From the NCBI GenBank assembly GCA_964187785.1, contig OZ076409.1, forward strand, positions 7,628,001 through 7,692,000: a stretch of DNA of 64,000 nt, in the 5' to 3' direction. The translations under genes and the position numbers were made by a program. The DNA comes from Amphiscolops sp. MND2022. Lineage: Eukaryota. The notes below the pieces were generated by a model. The model did no database searches and was not told the DNA's origin. It saw nothing but the letters and a program-made list of their open reading frames with translations. The number at the start of each line of letters is the position of its first letter. Positions within the stretch are counted from its first letter, which is position 1. This document shows, one piece after another, positions 32,912 through 45,000 of this stretch.

Positions 32912-33859
32912 ATGGACAGCACACCTGTTGGAAAAAACAACAACACGAGGAACCCAATGTTAATTGACACAGCATTGGACTTAATAAATATCTCCAGTAG
33001 CTCTGAGGAAGGATTTACGGTGGAACGTTTCTCCTTGCCCGAACTAGAAGATAGGTTCAGAGTTGCACCATCATCGATCACGAACATGCCAACTGCTTTC
33101 ATGGGGTCGGCAGAGGCCTCATTATTTGTGACCAATTCAGTTGATGCCAGGTCAACAGGATGTAAAGACACAAGAGGAACGTCCATTGAAACTGAGCTGA
33201 TGGACCTACTGAACGACATACCGGATATTTCACCCACAACGTTCATTGATACCTCCGACAAAGAAAAGAACCCCTTCCCAGAGGCTAATTTCGCGAATGT
33301 ACAAAGGAACGCGTATGGTCGCCCTACTCAGAGAGTGTGCCCTATGCCCAGACAGCAACAAGAGACGCAACCTCTTAATGCCAACCTACCAACTATACCC
33401 AGCCAAACAAGCGCTTTTACAGCGTATACAGCACCACAGCAGAGAACAACTGACCCGAATCCTCGTCCTACACAGCAAGCACAGTATTTGCCGATGCCCA
33501 TCCCGTTCTACCCTAATGCGTGGAACAATATGGGATATGGGACATTGGGCCATAATATGCAACCACCACCATCAAGCAACGTTCCCGCCCATAACGGAAC
33601 CTTGTTGCAAATGAATCTTCCAGTCATGCCCGAGGTCGCAGGTTCTTGCCCAGGTTGCACTAAAACCTATGACCAAATTGCAGTAGAGACATTGACCAAC
33701 TACGTTGCTTGGTCCGAGTATCCTGATGAAACAATCCGCGACAGAAACGTCAGATCAAGGGCTTTTGTGGACGGATTTGGAGCTGCGTTAATCTGCTTCA
33801 AAAATGCTGGACTGTCGCCGGGCTTCCCCTGCAAGATGTCCGGAGTGCAGCATCGATGA
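32912..33859 (+). CDS. ORF3 of element B: 315-aa accessory protein of unknown function (SIM-like motif, P/Q-rich linker, C-terminal CxxC domain), overlapping the 3' LTR
   Basis: Intact ATG-initiated ORF. The C-terminal block aligns without gaps to ORF3 of C (CxxC.K/R.S/T.D.I..E....Y...S....E.......R..AF/Y..G). Confidence 0.75.
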   Translation: MDSTPVGKNNNTRNPMLIDTALDLINISSSSEEGFTVERFSLPELEDRFRVAPSSITNMPTAFMGSAEASLFVTNSVDARSTGCKDTRGTSIETELMDLLNDIPDISPTTFIDTSDKEKNPFPEANFANVQRNAYGRPTQRVCPMPRQQQETQPLNANLPTIPSQTSAFTAYTAPQQRTTDPNPRPTQQAQYLPMPIPFYPNAWNNMGYGTLGHNMQPPPSSNVPAHNGTLLQMNLPVMPEVAGSCPGCTKTYDQIAVETLTNYVAWSEYPDETIRDRNVRSRAFVDGFGAALICFKNAGLSPGFPCKMSGVQHR

Positions 33860-35584
33860 TCAGTTCAACTTGCTCCTTCCTACCGTCTGAGACCCGAAGA
33901 TCCGAATCAAATCATCATCAGTGTACAAACTTCAAAAACATTTGAAGTTACTTAAACTGAGATAATTGTTTTGAATGTTTGTTCTTGTTGCTATTTTCTT
34001 AGCATTCGTTTGTGTTATAATGTTCGTTAATGTTGAAGCGGACGCCTTGTTGCTTCCACTGATTTAATTAAAACAGCGGTTCAACCGTTGGCAAATTGAA
34101 AGAAAAAGAAAAAAACTTTGATCAAATAAATTAGTCTCTAGTGACAATGTTACTAGTTGACCCAAGCCGAGCCTTTATTTTTACTCCCACTTTACCTCAT
34201 AAGAGTGTACTGTAGTTTGATATAGCTTTCAAAATAATAGAGCATTTGTAGCAAGACTATGTAGGAAGCTTTCATAATCAGCTTGATGAATTACCCATGA
34301 AACAGCATACCGTGCTCATACTTCTTTTCATAGACAGTTTATACTGCTTTATGCAGTTCTTACTAAGCCACATATGCGGCTTTTGCTAAAAAACAGTATG
34401 ATGACTACATACGTGCGGATAGTTATGCTACTTACCGCATTATGCGGAAGTTTTGTAAAAACATCATGACGACTACATCCGTGTACACGTTTTTACTCCT
34501 CACCGACTTATGCGGAAATATCTCAAAACAGCATGATGTTTAATTCATAATTAACATGATGAACAGCAGTGGAACATTACCGATGAAATATACTGCATTA
34601 TGTGGTTTCCATAAAACAGTATAAATGCGGATATACTGACAGAACGTCATAATCCGCATATTGCTTCTACAGTAATTTACTGATGTAGCTGTGCTATATT
34701 TAGACCTTCTAGGGGTATGACGTTATGAATTATTTTTAATCCCTGACCCTAGAAACATGGCGTTATGATGATTTGTATAAAATTGATTGTCATGCTACTA
34801 AAAATACCAACCAATAGAATCATTCGAAGCGAGTCCCTAAGAAATCAATTTTCCCCACATTCATTCGAAAAAATCTCACGCAGAACACAGTCACTCAATT
34901 TCACAAACTACCCACAGTCCTCAAACTTTGCAGTTTTCTTTCTTTGTAAAGATAACTTCCACGATTTCATTTCACCAAAATATCTTTGTAATTCAAAGAT
35001 TTCTACACTCAACACTGTTTTCATCATGGGAAATAAAAGAAATAGACGTTCTAGAAGGATAGAATCCCAGTCATCAGACAGAGAAGAGAATACTTCAGAA
35101 ACAAGCTTCACTCAAGGTAATGCGACTTTAGTTGATGTTTCTGAAAATGTTAATAACATTTTTGACAGGAACTCAGGTAGTGAACTGACAGAACCTTCAC
35201 AAATCAGCAATGAAATAGAAGTGAAATCCCAGAGATTGTTTGAACAAAACAGTAACAAGATGACGCAAATTGAACAGCAACTGAATAGTAAATTCGAAGA
35301 GATACTCAGAGAAATTAGAACAAATAAAGAAAGCAATTTGGCAAATGATGGAGAGGATGCCGAGAACAATAGGCCAGGTCCATCTAACTCGGAAAATAGA
35401 GGTCTCAGGAGTAATCACGCATCAAATACAACACTAGACAGAGACAAAAATCAGGATGATCGGTTTTGCCCATCTGAAATGAGTGATTTAAGACAACCGT
35501 ACACACCACTCGGAATTGCTAATGAGACACTAGACGAAACTATCCATATAAACGAAAACAGACAGGAAAATGCCGATCATCACA
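33813..35584 (+). repeat. 3' LTR of element B
   Basis: Matches 18911-20681; followed by TSD CAAAC. Confidence 0.95.
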
Positions 35585-36000
35585 CAAACTTATTGATGTT
35601 TCTCTTCTGTTCTCTGTGGAAGAAAGCACAATGGAGTGTACGAAATCAGCAAAAAAACAATATGTTGCGTTATCCTTACGAACGACTCTAAGATGACCGG
35701 GAAAGCCTTTCGAGTTAGTAAAGCTTGGGGCCCATTGCCTCTAAGCAATTAAGGTACAATGTCCGAAAAGTAGTATTTTTGGGATTTTTCACAGAACTCT
35801 TCTTTCGGTCTGTAAAAATTACAAACAAACGCGTAAAAGATCACAAATCTGAGGTCTTTACAACCAAGTTACCAAACAACTTTGCTTCCAGGTACTAGAT
35901 ACTTTGGTGCTAAGAAAAATCATTAGAAAAGGGAAAACAAGTTCAGAGATGCAATTTTTCGTGAAAAGTGGTATATGCATTCCAACGCAACTTGAATTGG

Positions 36001-36130
36001 AACAAGCCGGAAACGGTATACGTCGGCGCCCCGCATAAGGCTCAAGGATGGGTTAGTATTTCAAAGCATCAAGTAATTGTTACAGTCCTGAAAAACACAA
36101 TTTCGTATATAACGGAAAAATAGCGCCCTG
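36001..36130 (-). mobile_element. Terminus of another HINE-like element (fragment)
   Basis: ACAAG, then hairpin CCG-GAAA-CGG, then GTCGGCGC...GGCTCAA, as at 13636 and 14357. The other end was not found. Confidence 0.35.
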
Positions 36131-36519
36131 GACCAAATGGGAGCGCCTTTTTGGACCTCCGCTTCATTCTTGGTAATTAACACTGCATCGGCACCCTCTG
36201 GTACAGCAGATTAAGTCGATATTACATTTCAGACTTTGGACATGTACAGAAAATTTTTTGAAAAATTCTAAATCAATGTTTGACGTGGCTCTGAGCGTAT
36301 GATGGCTCTTTTCGCTGTTTCTACGAAATTGGCAGTTACTTCGACAACAAAGAGCAAGAACGAGCAAAAATATAAGGGCAGCGCCAAACCGACGCCAGAG
36401 ACTGCAAAAACCTCTGAAAATAGACTCTTTCACAGGTACCCTTGATTTCAGCAGTATGCTACCTTCAGTAGCGAAAACCGTAAATATGAGTGTTTCCGTC
36501 TAATTCACAAATCTATGCC

Positions 36520-37912
36520 TGTGGCAGGCTGCCGCCTTGACGGTACAACAATGACGACCCCAGCTGAAGGACAAGGGATCATGCCAGGCACTTTGCCTAC
36601 TTTCTAAAATTGGAGACCGAGAAACACTTAGTTAAACTGGAATTCATCCCATTTTACATTTATACATTTTTTTGCTATAATTAGATACTTTAAAACGTTC
36701 AGTTATTAGTCTGTCAACATACAAATTGAATTGCTCAAGATGAAGTTTGGATTAGTAAAACTTTTCTAAATTTGCAATGTAAAAGTGTATGTAAAAGACA
36801 ACTGATTAGCAGTATAAGAAACGTGTTCAAATGTGAGAATGTACTATTCCGACAACGTCACTTGCGCTCGTTGTTTGGACCAATCACGTTTCGCTATTTG
36901 CTGCACTTAATGTATTTATACTAATGACCGAATAAGGCCCTTTGACGCTGCTACTCTATACCTAAAAGGGAAGCTAGTCAAACAGCATGTTCAGGCTATT
37001 TGTTACAATGTATCAAAGCAATGTTAATCTCCCACCCAATTAGTTGCAGATGATGATTTTAGTACTTTTTATATTTTAACCTATACATTAGTTGCTATTC
37101 CTTGACGCTCAATTTTGACAGATTAGTCCATGTGTATTCGTTGAATAAATATCCCAAAGTGCTCATGTGTCAAGTCGCCGGATTAGGCTAATTTCAGGTT
37201 AAGTTATTTGATGCGATGATGTTAAGTCACGGTGAGTAAGAGAACCTTTTAGCCGCACGTAAATACACGTGCCCACCAAGGAATGCAATTTCAAGATGCG
37301 CCTGATTTTCTAATAAAGTTTTACAATCAGGAGTTCTTGCTGCCTGCTACTAGAAAATAGAAGAAAGCTAGAAAATCTAGAGGTGCAGAAAAGCTACCTG
37401 ACATCGAAAATCTAGATATCATGTTGCGAGGTAACCATTTAGAAAGAGAAGAAAGTGAATATGGTAGCTTGAGTAGAAGGTCAAACAGCCCTAATTTCAA
37501 TGTCCATGAAAACAATGAAGGAATTCATTGCCCTAATCCTATGGAATCTAGATCGAGTAAGAGTGCCGAATACGGCCACAGTTCTGCTGCACTGTTTCTA
37601 TTGCTGAATTTACTAGGCTATCAGGGGAACCTAACCTGAGAATCTCAAGAGAAAAGGATGAGATGATGAATAGCGTCAGTGTTCAAATCCAAAGGTTCAT
37701 TATTGATGCAATAAGTAGTCAGGTCTTACCGCAAATCCAGAATGCTCTTAAGACTGGATCTGGATCATTGACTCAGAATGGATGGAACATCCCGACTGGG
37801 AGACAGGAACGACATACCGAGGACCATCCTAGTCAGAAAGTTAGGAGTAGTTCTAGAAGTGAGCCAGTCCGTACCCATCCTTGTGACGAAGTTACATTCA
37901 ACGCTCATGACA
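36520..37912 (+). repeat. 5' LTR of element C (lacks about 300 bp present in the 3' LTR)
   Basis: Aligns to 52139-53839 except for 52930-53225; ends CATGACA. Confidence 0.9.
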
Positions 37913-39056
37913 TGGTGACAGGAGACAACGAATCTCCAGTTCTGGTTCCTGAGTTTCTGACGAGACGAATGCCATCCAGAACAGCGCTCAACCAATCTCA
38001 CATTGATCACAATCCCTTGCGTGATACAACCATCCCAGCACAACAAAGAGCCAAACCCGTAGCCGAACAAGACCCAATCAACAGACTAGCTGACGTCTTG
38101 ACCAGCATGCAGAACCGAACAACAGCCCAACAAAAACTCACTTTTCGTCCGGTCAGTTCCAATACAAAGACCTTTGATGGCAAGAGTGAGAAGTTTAAGC
38201 TGTTCGAATATCTCTTTCACACCATGATCAAGATGTAGCCCAAAATGTCTGAACAAATGAAAATCAATCACTTCCACTCGCTCCTCAGGAAAGGAGCGCT
38301 GCAAACCTTCAGAAATATCAATACAATTAAACGTGGCAAACACTCCAGTACGTCCTTGTAATATTCACACGCAAATATGACAAGCCTGAGTCACAAGCGA
38401 CAGCGAAACATAAGTGGCACAGACTTGTCTGTGACCGGAATGCATTAAAATAAACAATTTTTTTGAGGAACTAAACTAAGGAGCCAAAAAAGCATTCGGG
38501 GAGATTGCGCAAAGTATGATAGACAGTGTCCTCTATGCGAAATTACCTCCAAAACTCAAAAGAGCGGTCAATATGGCCAGATTAGAAAACGGCTGCTATG
38601 ACGAAATTGTGGCCCACCTCGAGAAAGAATTATGGTTCAACGCGCCTGAAGAGTCAGATGACCTACCCATGGCAAACATGATTCTTCTACTTCCAAGCAG
38701 AAGAGCCTTCTCTCCACCGGGCTATATCTGACTTTACCTGCAATTATTGCAAGGAAAAGGAACACATGGTTAAGGACTATGAAAACTTAAAAAGAAGAAA
38801 CAGAAAGATGCCCTAAAAATGCAAACCACCGTCTCAGAAGAAGATCTACCCTGAGTGTGGAACTTGTGGCAAGAAAAATTACTCTGAAGAACGATATTCG
38901 CAGGGCGCAGGAGCGCATCTCAAACCTAAACGTAAAAGGCCTGAAGACTCATCGGACAACAGTCCGGACTCCAAAGCACAAAAATCACAACATAACTCAA
39001 CATCGACTGACTCCCAGACCACACCCAAAAAGAAAAAGGACGGCTCAAAAAACTAT
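37339..39056 (+). pseudogene. gag: gag pseudogene of element C, starting in the LTR
   Basis: Fragments ...AHDMVTG...FDGKSEKF.LFE.LFHTMIKM and MIDSVLYAKLPPKLKRAVN are homologous to B gag. Many stops and frameshifts; A-AAA-AAC slippery site at 39047-39053. Confidence 0.85.
37913..37924 (+). promoter_or_regulatory. Primer-binding site of element C (TGGTGACAGGAG)
   Basis: Identical to the first 12 nt of the element A PBS; directly follows the LTR end. Confidence 0.8.
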
Positions 39057-42000
39057 CTTCGCCACGACTCCAACACAACGATCTGGTATCAGTTCGACAA
39101 AGTGTCAGATCTGATTCTCCAACAAATGTATTCCACGAATATCAACAACAATTGTTGGGTGTCCTTCTGTTGTCTGACAGCAACAGATGGAAAAAGCAAC
39201 CCTCGTAACATATAACAACACTCATTTGTACAAAAAACCAACTCCAGTATGGGATCCTGATTTTACCACCAGCTTTCCTCAACGATTCAGGCCCATTCTC
39301 CTTTTTGATGACTATAACCCAACGTATATCGATCCAGATTATGGCAGGGATCGCTATTGGGACACTTTGATTCACAATCAAGACTTGCTGCAATTTCAAC
39401 ATGTACTGGACGATATTGAACTCTATAACAAATCAGTCCACGAAAATCCACCTATAACTCATGACAAGAAAACAAGGGCACTCGACGTCTCAGTCATTAT
39501 TGGCTATAAAGCAATTCCAAAACACCCTTATCGCCAATGATGGTGAACCAGACTGTTTACCACTCTCTACCAACATCAACTTCAAATCCAGGAAACGCAT
39601 TATGTATTTCCCGATGGACTTTTGGAATTGAGCATCGACGGTCTAATCGACAATGGGGCATTATCCAGTGCGATTCCTGAAATGGACCTGAAATGGACAA
39701 TCCGTTTACTCTCCCCACAATAAGGTATCCGGGAATGTCCGCCTCCTCCGATTTTTCAAATATTGGTCGCTAATGGACTATTAGAAACTACTAAGAGTAC
39801 TACTGAACTGAAATTTGAGTTTGATGACATTGAATTTCATGAAATTTTCAGAGTAATGGAGAACGTGACAGGACCGATGATCAGGCTCCTGGTCCTTCAG
39901 AGAAATCACACAGGTCTGGATATGAGACAAGGCATTGTGAATTTCTCATTTCTCTCCTTGCAGCTCAAATCAGCTGAACATCGATACTCTAATGTTCTTG
40001 AGCCGATATTTAATCCAACCGAAGTCACCATTCCGCCCAATGATAGAGTCCTAATTAGAAACCAATTCGCTACTCTTTCCGTAGAATATAGTAACTGGCA
40101 TCCTCTGGCCCTGTGACTTTCTGCATGAAGATGGTGACATAACGTTTAGCCCGGCTTTTGTCACATTGAAAGAGGGCAATATCTAAATACCAGTGAATAA
40201 TTTCACAGATCACCCTTATGAGCTCAAGAAGGGACTGCACAATGCTATCTTCTCGTTCATGACACCGGAACAGATGAAATATGTCAAACCGGTCGATACA
40301 ATTTCAACTTGGCACTTTCTACAAAATGACCAGGAACAAGCAGCACACTACGTTAGCAGTCTCATCAAAACAAATAAAAATACGCAAATCTCTGAAAATT
40401 ACTTGTTCCTTACACCAGAAAACCCTGGAAACCAGAGGAACGCACGCCCGTCCAAAAAAGAATTCTGCGTGATTTACACGCCCTACGGGACCTGGAGGCC
40501 CTTGATCCTACCAAAGACAAAGACTCTAGGACAAAAGTCTTGGCAAACTATGACTGGAAAAATTCAACGCTTGCACCTGATGAAATATAGAGAATCGAAG
40601 AACTACTAGTAGAATTTCTCGATATATTTGCAAGACACCAACTTGACATCGGCATGAACGAAGAATTCAAGGTGACACCGTCGCCTAAGGACGATTCCCC
40701 AGCAGATAGTCAAAGCTTTCCGTCCCCAAATAACTTGAAGGAAGACATACTGGACGAACTGGCATTGTTACATAAATATGGCATGTTCACATCACTTTCG
40801 TTTTCAAAACATGCTAGTCCAAAATTTGCACAAAAAAATCCAAACGGGAAACTCCGACTACTGGTTGACTTTAGAAAAAGCAAAATCTAATATCGGACGA
40901 TTATATAAACAATAATCATCGCTTAAGTACCCTAACTGACGCTGCCCAGCATATGCCCGGGAAAATGCCCTTCTGCAAGTTGGACTGTTCACAAGCCTAT
41001 CATTGCTTGCCGATGGCTGACCAACGCTCAAGTGAAATGTAGGAATTTAATTTTGCCATCCGCATCTTTGCATACAGATATTTGGCAGAAGGCGTTAGCA
41101 GGGCGCTATCCGTAATCTCAAGCTTCATGAGGGAATATTTTGACAAAGTCAACAAGGTGGACCAATGTGCTTGAAATGTGGACGACAATGGCATTGCAAC
41201 GCTGACCACCTCATTGCCAACCTGAGAGCAACTTTTAAATGCATTCAGAAGGCAGGCCTTAAACTACCGATGCACAAATGTCATTTTGATGCAACAGAAA
41301 TTGACTTCCTTGGACGAAGGCGTCAAACCACAAAAGCAAAATGTACAGAATTCCCTTGAGAAGACCAAATTTCCGAAGTCGAAAAAGGCTCTGCCACGCT
41401 ATTTGGAACTCTTAAACTACTATCGAACTATTTCCCAAGACTGTCTGAACGCCTAGCCTCATTCTACAAGATGCTTAAAATTGACGAAAAGGTCCTAGTA
41501 TCTAAAGAACTGGTTCAACAATTTGAGGAAATCAACAAAGCACTAGACAAATTTTGCAACCTAGCTCTTCAGCAACTTCCCAACAAGCAGATCGCCCTAA
41601 TGATCGATGCAAGTTTCTCTTCTGCAAGATATGCGGTACTTAAAGAAGATTACCCGAATCAGAAATTTACCTCATTCTGCAAATCATACGCACCGGTGGC
41701 TTATGGATCAAAAACCTTCACTCCGGTCTACGTAAAATGTCCATTTATGCCAAACAATTTCTTGCAATTTACTTCGCTTCCAAAGAATTCGGACACATTT
41801 TCTGAGGAGCGCCTAAACCGGTTATAATCCTCACCGACAATAAAGCCGTGACTCGATTTCTTCAAACAAACATTGTACCGCCAGCCCTGTGGAACGCATG
41901 TGACTATGTCATTTATTTCAATTTTGTCATAGCACACATCCCAGGAGCACGAAACACGGCCGCGAATTATCTATCCCTTCTCGAGTTGGATCCGAAAAAC

Positions 42001-45000
42001 AAAATAGTCATTAAGATCCGCGAGGATGTGCAAACCCTACCAATTGAAATCAATGTCCAATCAGCAGGAGTATCACAGGAAGACCAATTTTTCTACACAA
42101 ACGACAATGATGAAACTGAAGAACAATACTGGGAGAGGAAAAAAGCAGTTCGACGAAATCCCGCCACAACGGAAACAGCCATAACAATTCAGTCAGTTTC
42201 TACAAGTTTGAGAAAACAGCAACCCGAGAAACAAGGGCGATTACGGAAAGCCAACCAGATCATTATCGAGCAATCTGAAGATGCAGTATTACAATAATTG
42301 AAGGCAAAATTCCTTCATGAGGATTATTCAGAAAACGTACTGCAGCAAGATGCCCGATATCGACACTATTCCAATAATATAGAGTCCCCAATCAGTCCAC
42401 GAAAATCCACTTATAACTCATGACAAGAAAACAAGGGCACTCGACGTCTCAGTCACTATTGGATATAAAGCAATTCCAAAACACCCTTATCGCCAATGAT
42501 GGTGAACCAGACTGTTTACCACTCTCTACCAACATCAACTTCAAATCCAGGAAACGCATTATGTATTTCTCGATGGACTTTTGGAAATGAGCATCGACGG
42601 TCTAATCGACAAAGGGGCATTATCCAGTGCGATTCCTGAAATGGACCTCCGGACAATCCATTTACTCTCCCCACAATCAGGTATCCGGGAATGTCCGCCT
42701 CCTCCGATTTTTCAAATATTGGTCGCTAATGGACAATTAGAAACTACTAAGAGTACTATTGAACTGAAGTTTGAGTTTGGTGACATTGAATTTCATGAAA
42801 TTTTCAGAGTAGTGGAGAACCTGAGAGGACCGATCATCAGGCTCCTGGTCCTTCAGAGAAATCACACAGTTCTGGATATGAGTCAAGGCATTGTGAATTT
42901 CTCATTTTTCTCCTTGCAGCTCAAATCAGCTGAACATCGATACTCTAATGTTCTTGAGCCGATATTTAATCCAACCGAAGTCACCATTCCGCCCAACGAT
43001 AGAGTCCTAATAAGAAACCAATTGGCTACTCTTTCCGTAGAATATAGTAACTGGCATCCTCTGGCCCTGTGACCTTCTGCATGAAGAGGGTGACATAACG
43101 TTTAGCCCGGCCTTTGTCACATTGAAAGAGGGCAATATCTAAATACCAGTGAATAATTTCACAGATCACCCTTATAAGCTCAAGAAGGGACTGCACAATG
43201 CTATCTTCTCGGTCATGACACCGGAACAGATGAAATATGTCAAACCGGTCGATACAATTTCAACTTGGCACTTACTACAAAATGACCAGGAACAAGCAGC
43301 ACACTACGTTAGCAGTCTCATCAAAACAAATAAAATTACCCAAATCTCTGAAAATTACTTGTTCCTTACACCAGAAAACCCTGGAACTCCGAGGAACACA
43401 CGCCCGTCCAAAAAAGAATTCTGCGTGAATTACACGCCCTACAGGACCTGGAGGCCCTTGATTTTACCAAAGACAAAGACTCTAGGACAAAATTCTCGGC
43501 AAACTATGACTGGAAGGATTCAACACTTGCACCTGAAGAAATATAGAGAATCGAAGAACTACTAGTAGAATTTCTCGATATATTTGCGAGACACCGACTT
43601 GACATCGGCATGAACGAAGAATTCAAGGTGACACTGTCGCCTAAGGACGATTCCCCAGCAGATATTCAAAGCTTTCCAGCCCCAATTAACTTGAAGGAAG
43701 ACATACTGGACGAATTGGCATTGTTACATAAATATGGCATATTCACATCACTTCCGTTTTCAAAACTTGCTCGTCCAAATTTGCAAAGAAAATCCAAACG
43801 GGAAACTCCGACTACTGTTTGACTTGAGAAAAATCAAAATCTAATATCGGACGATTATATAAACAATAATCATCGCTTAAGTACCCTAACTGACGCTGCC
43901 CAGCATATGCCCGGAAAAATGCCCTTCTGCAAGTTGGACTGTTCACAAGCCTATCATTGCTTGCCGATGGCTGACCAACGCTCAAGTGAAATGTAGGAAT
44001 TTAATTTTGCCATCCGCATCTTTGCATACAGATATTTGGCAGAAGGCGTTAGCAGGGCGCTATCCGTAATCTCAAGCTTCATGAGGGAATATTTTGACAA
44101 AGTCAACAAGGTGGACCAATGTGCTTGAAATGTGGACGACAATGGCATTGCAACGCTGACCACCTCATTGCCAACCTGAGAGCAACTTTTAAATGCATTC
44201 AGAAGGCAGGCCTTAAACTACCGATGCACAAATGTCATTTTGATGCAACAGAAATTGACTTCCTTGGACGAAGGCGTCAAACCACAAAAAAAATGTACAG
44301 AATTCCCTTGAGAAGACCAAATTTCCGAAGTCGAAAAAGGCTCTGCCACGCTATTTGGAACTCTTAAACTACTATCGAACTATGTCCCAAGACTGTCTGA
44401 ACGCCTAGCCTCATTCTACAAGATGCTTAAAATTGACGAAAAGGTCCTAGTATCTAAAGAACTGGTTCAACAATTTGAGGAAATCAACAAAGCACTAGAC
44501 AAATTTTGCAACCTAGCTCTTCAGCAACTTCTTCCCAACAAGCAGATCGCCCTAATGATCGATGCAAGTTTCCCTTCTGCAAGATATGCGGTACTTAAAG
44601 AAGATGACCCGAATCAGAAATTTACCTCATTCTGCAAATCATACGCACCGGTGGCTTATGGATCAAAAACTTTCACTCCGGTCCACGTAAAAATGTCCAT
44701 TTATGCCAAACAATTTCTTGCAATTTACTTCGCTTTCAAAGAACTTGGACAAATTTTCTGGGGAGCGCCTAAACCGGTTATAATTCTCACTGACAATAAA
44801 GCCGTGACTCGATTTCTTCAAACGAAAATTGTACCGCCAGCCCTGTGGAACGCATGGGACTATGTAATTTAATTCAATTTTGTCATAGCACACATCCCAG
44901 GAGCACAAAACACGGCCGCGGATTATCTATCCCTTCTCGAGTTGGATCCGAAATACAAATTAGTCATTAAGATCTGCGAGGATGTGCAAACCCTACCAAT

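Larger units (their letters stand above)
18911..35584 (+). mobile_element. Full-length 16.7-kb Ty3/Gypsy LTR retrotransposon, element B
   Basis: About 1.77-kb near-identical LTRs with TG...CA ends, perfect TSD CAAAC (18906-18910 and 35585-35589), PBS, gag, and pol in PR-RT-RH-IN order. Confidence 0.97.

Noticed and set aside
32912..33859. env gene (third sense ORF before the 3' LTR)
   Set aside because: No signal peptide, furin site plus fusion peptide, or transmembrane anchor is visible; the protein is hydrophilic and low-complexity.
36164..36433. ORF containing FGAALI, like the end of B ORF3
   Set aside because: Only a 6-residue match, with no CxxC block and no LTR following; cannot be distinguished from chance.
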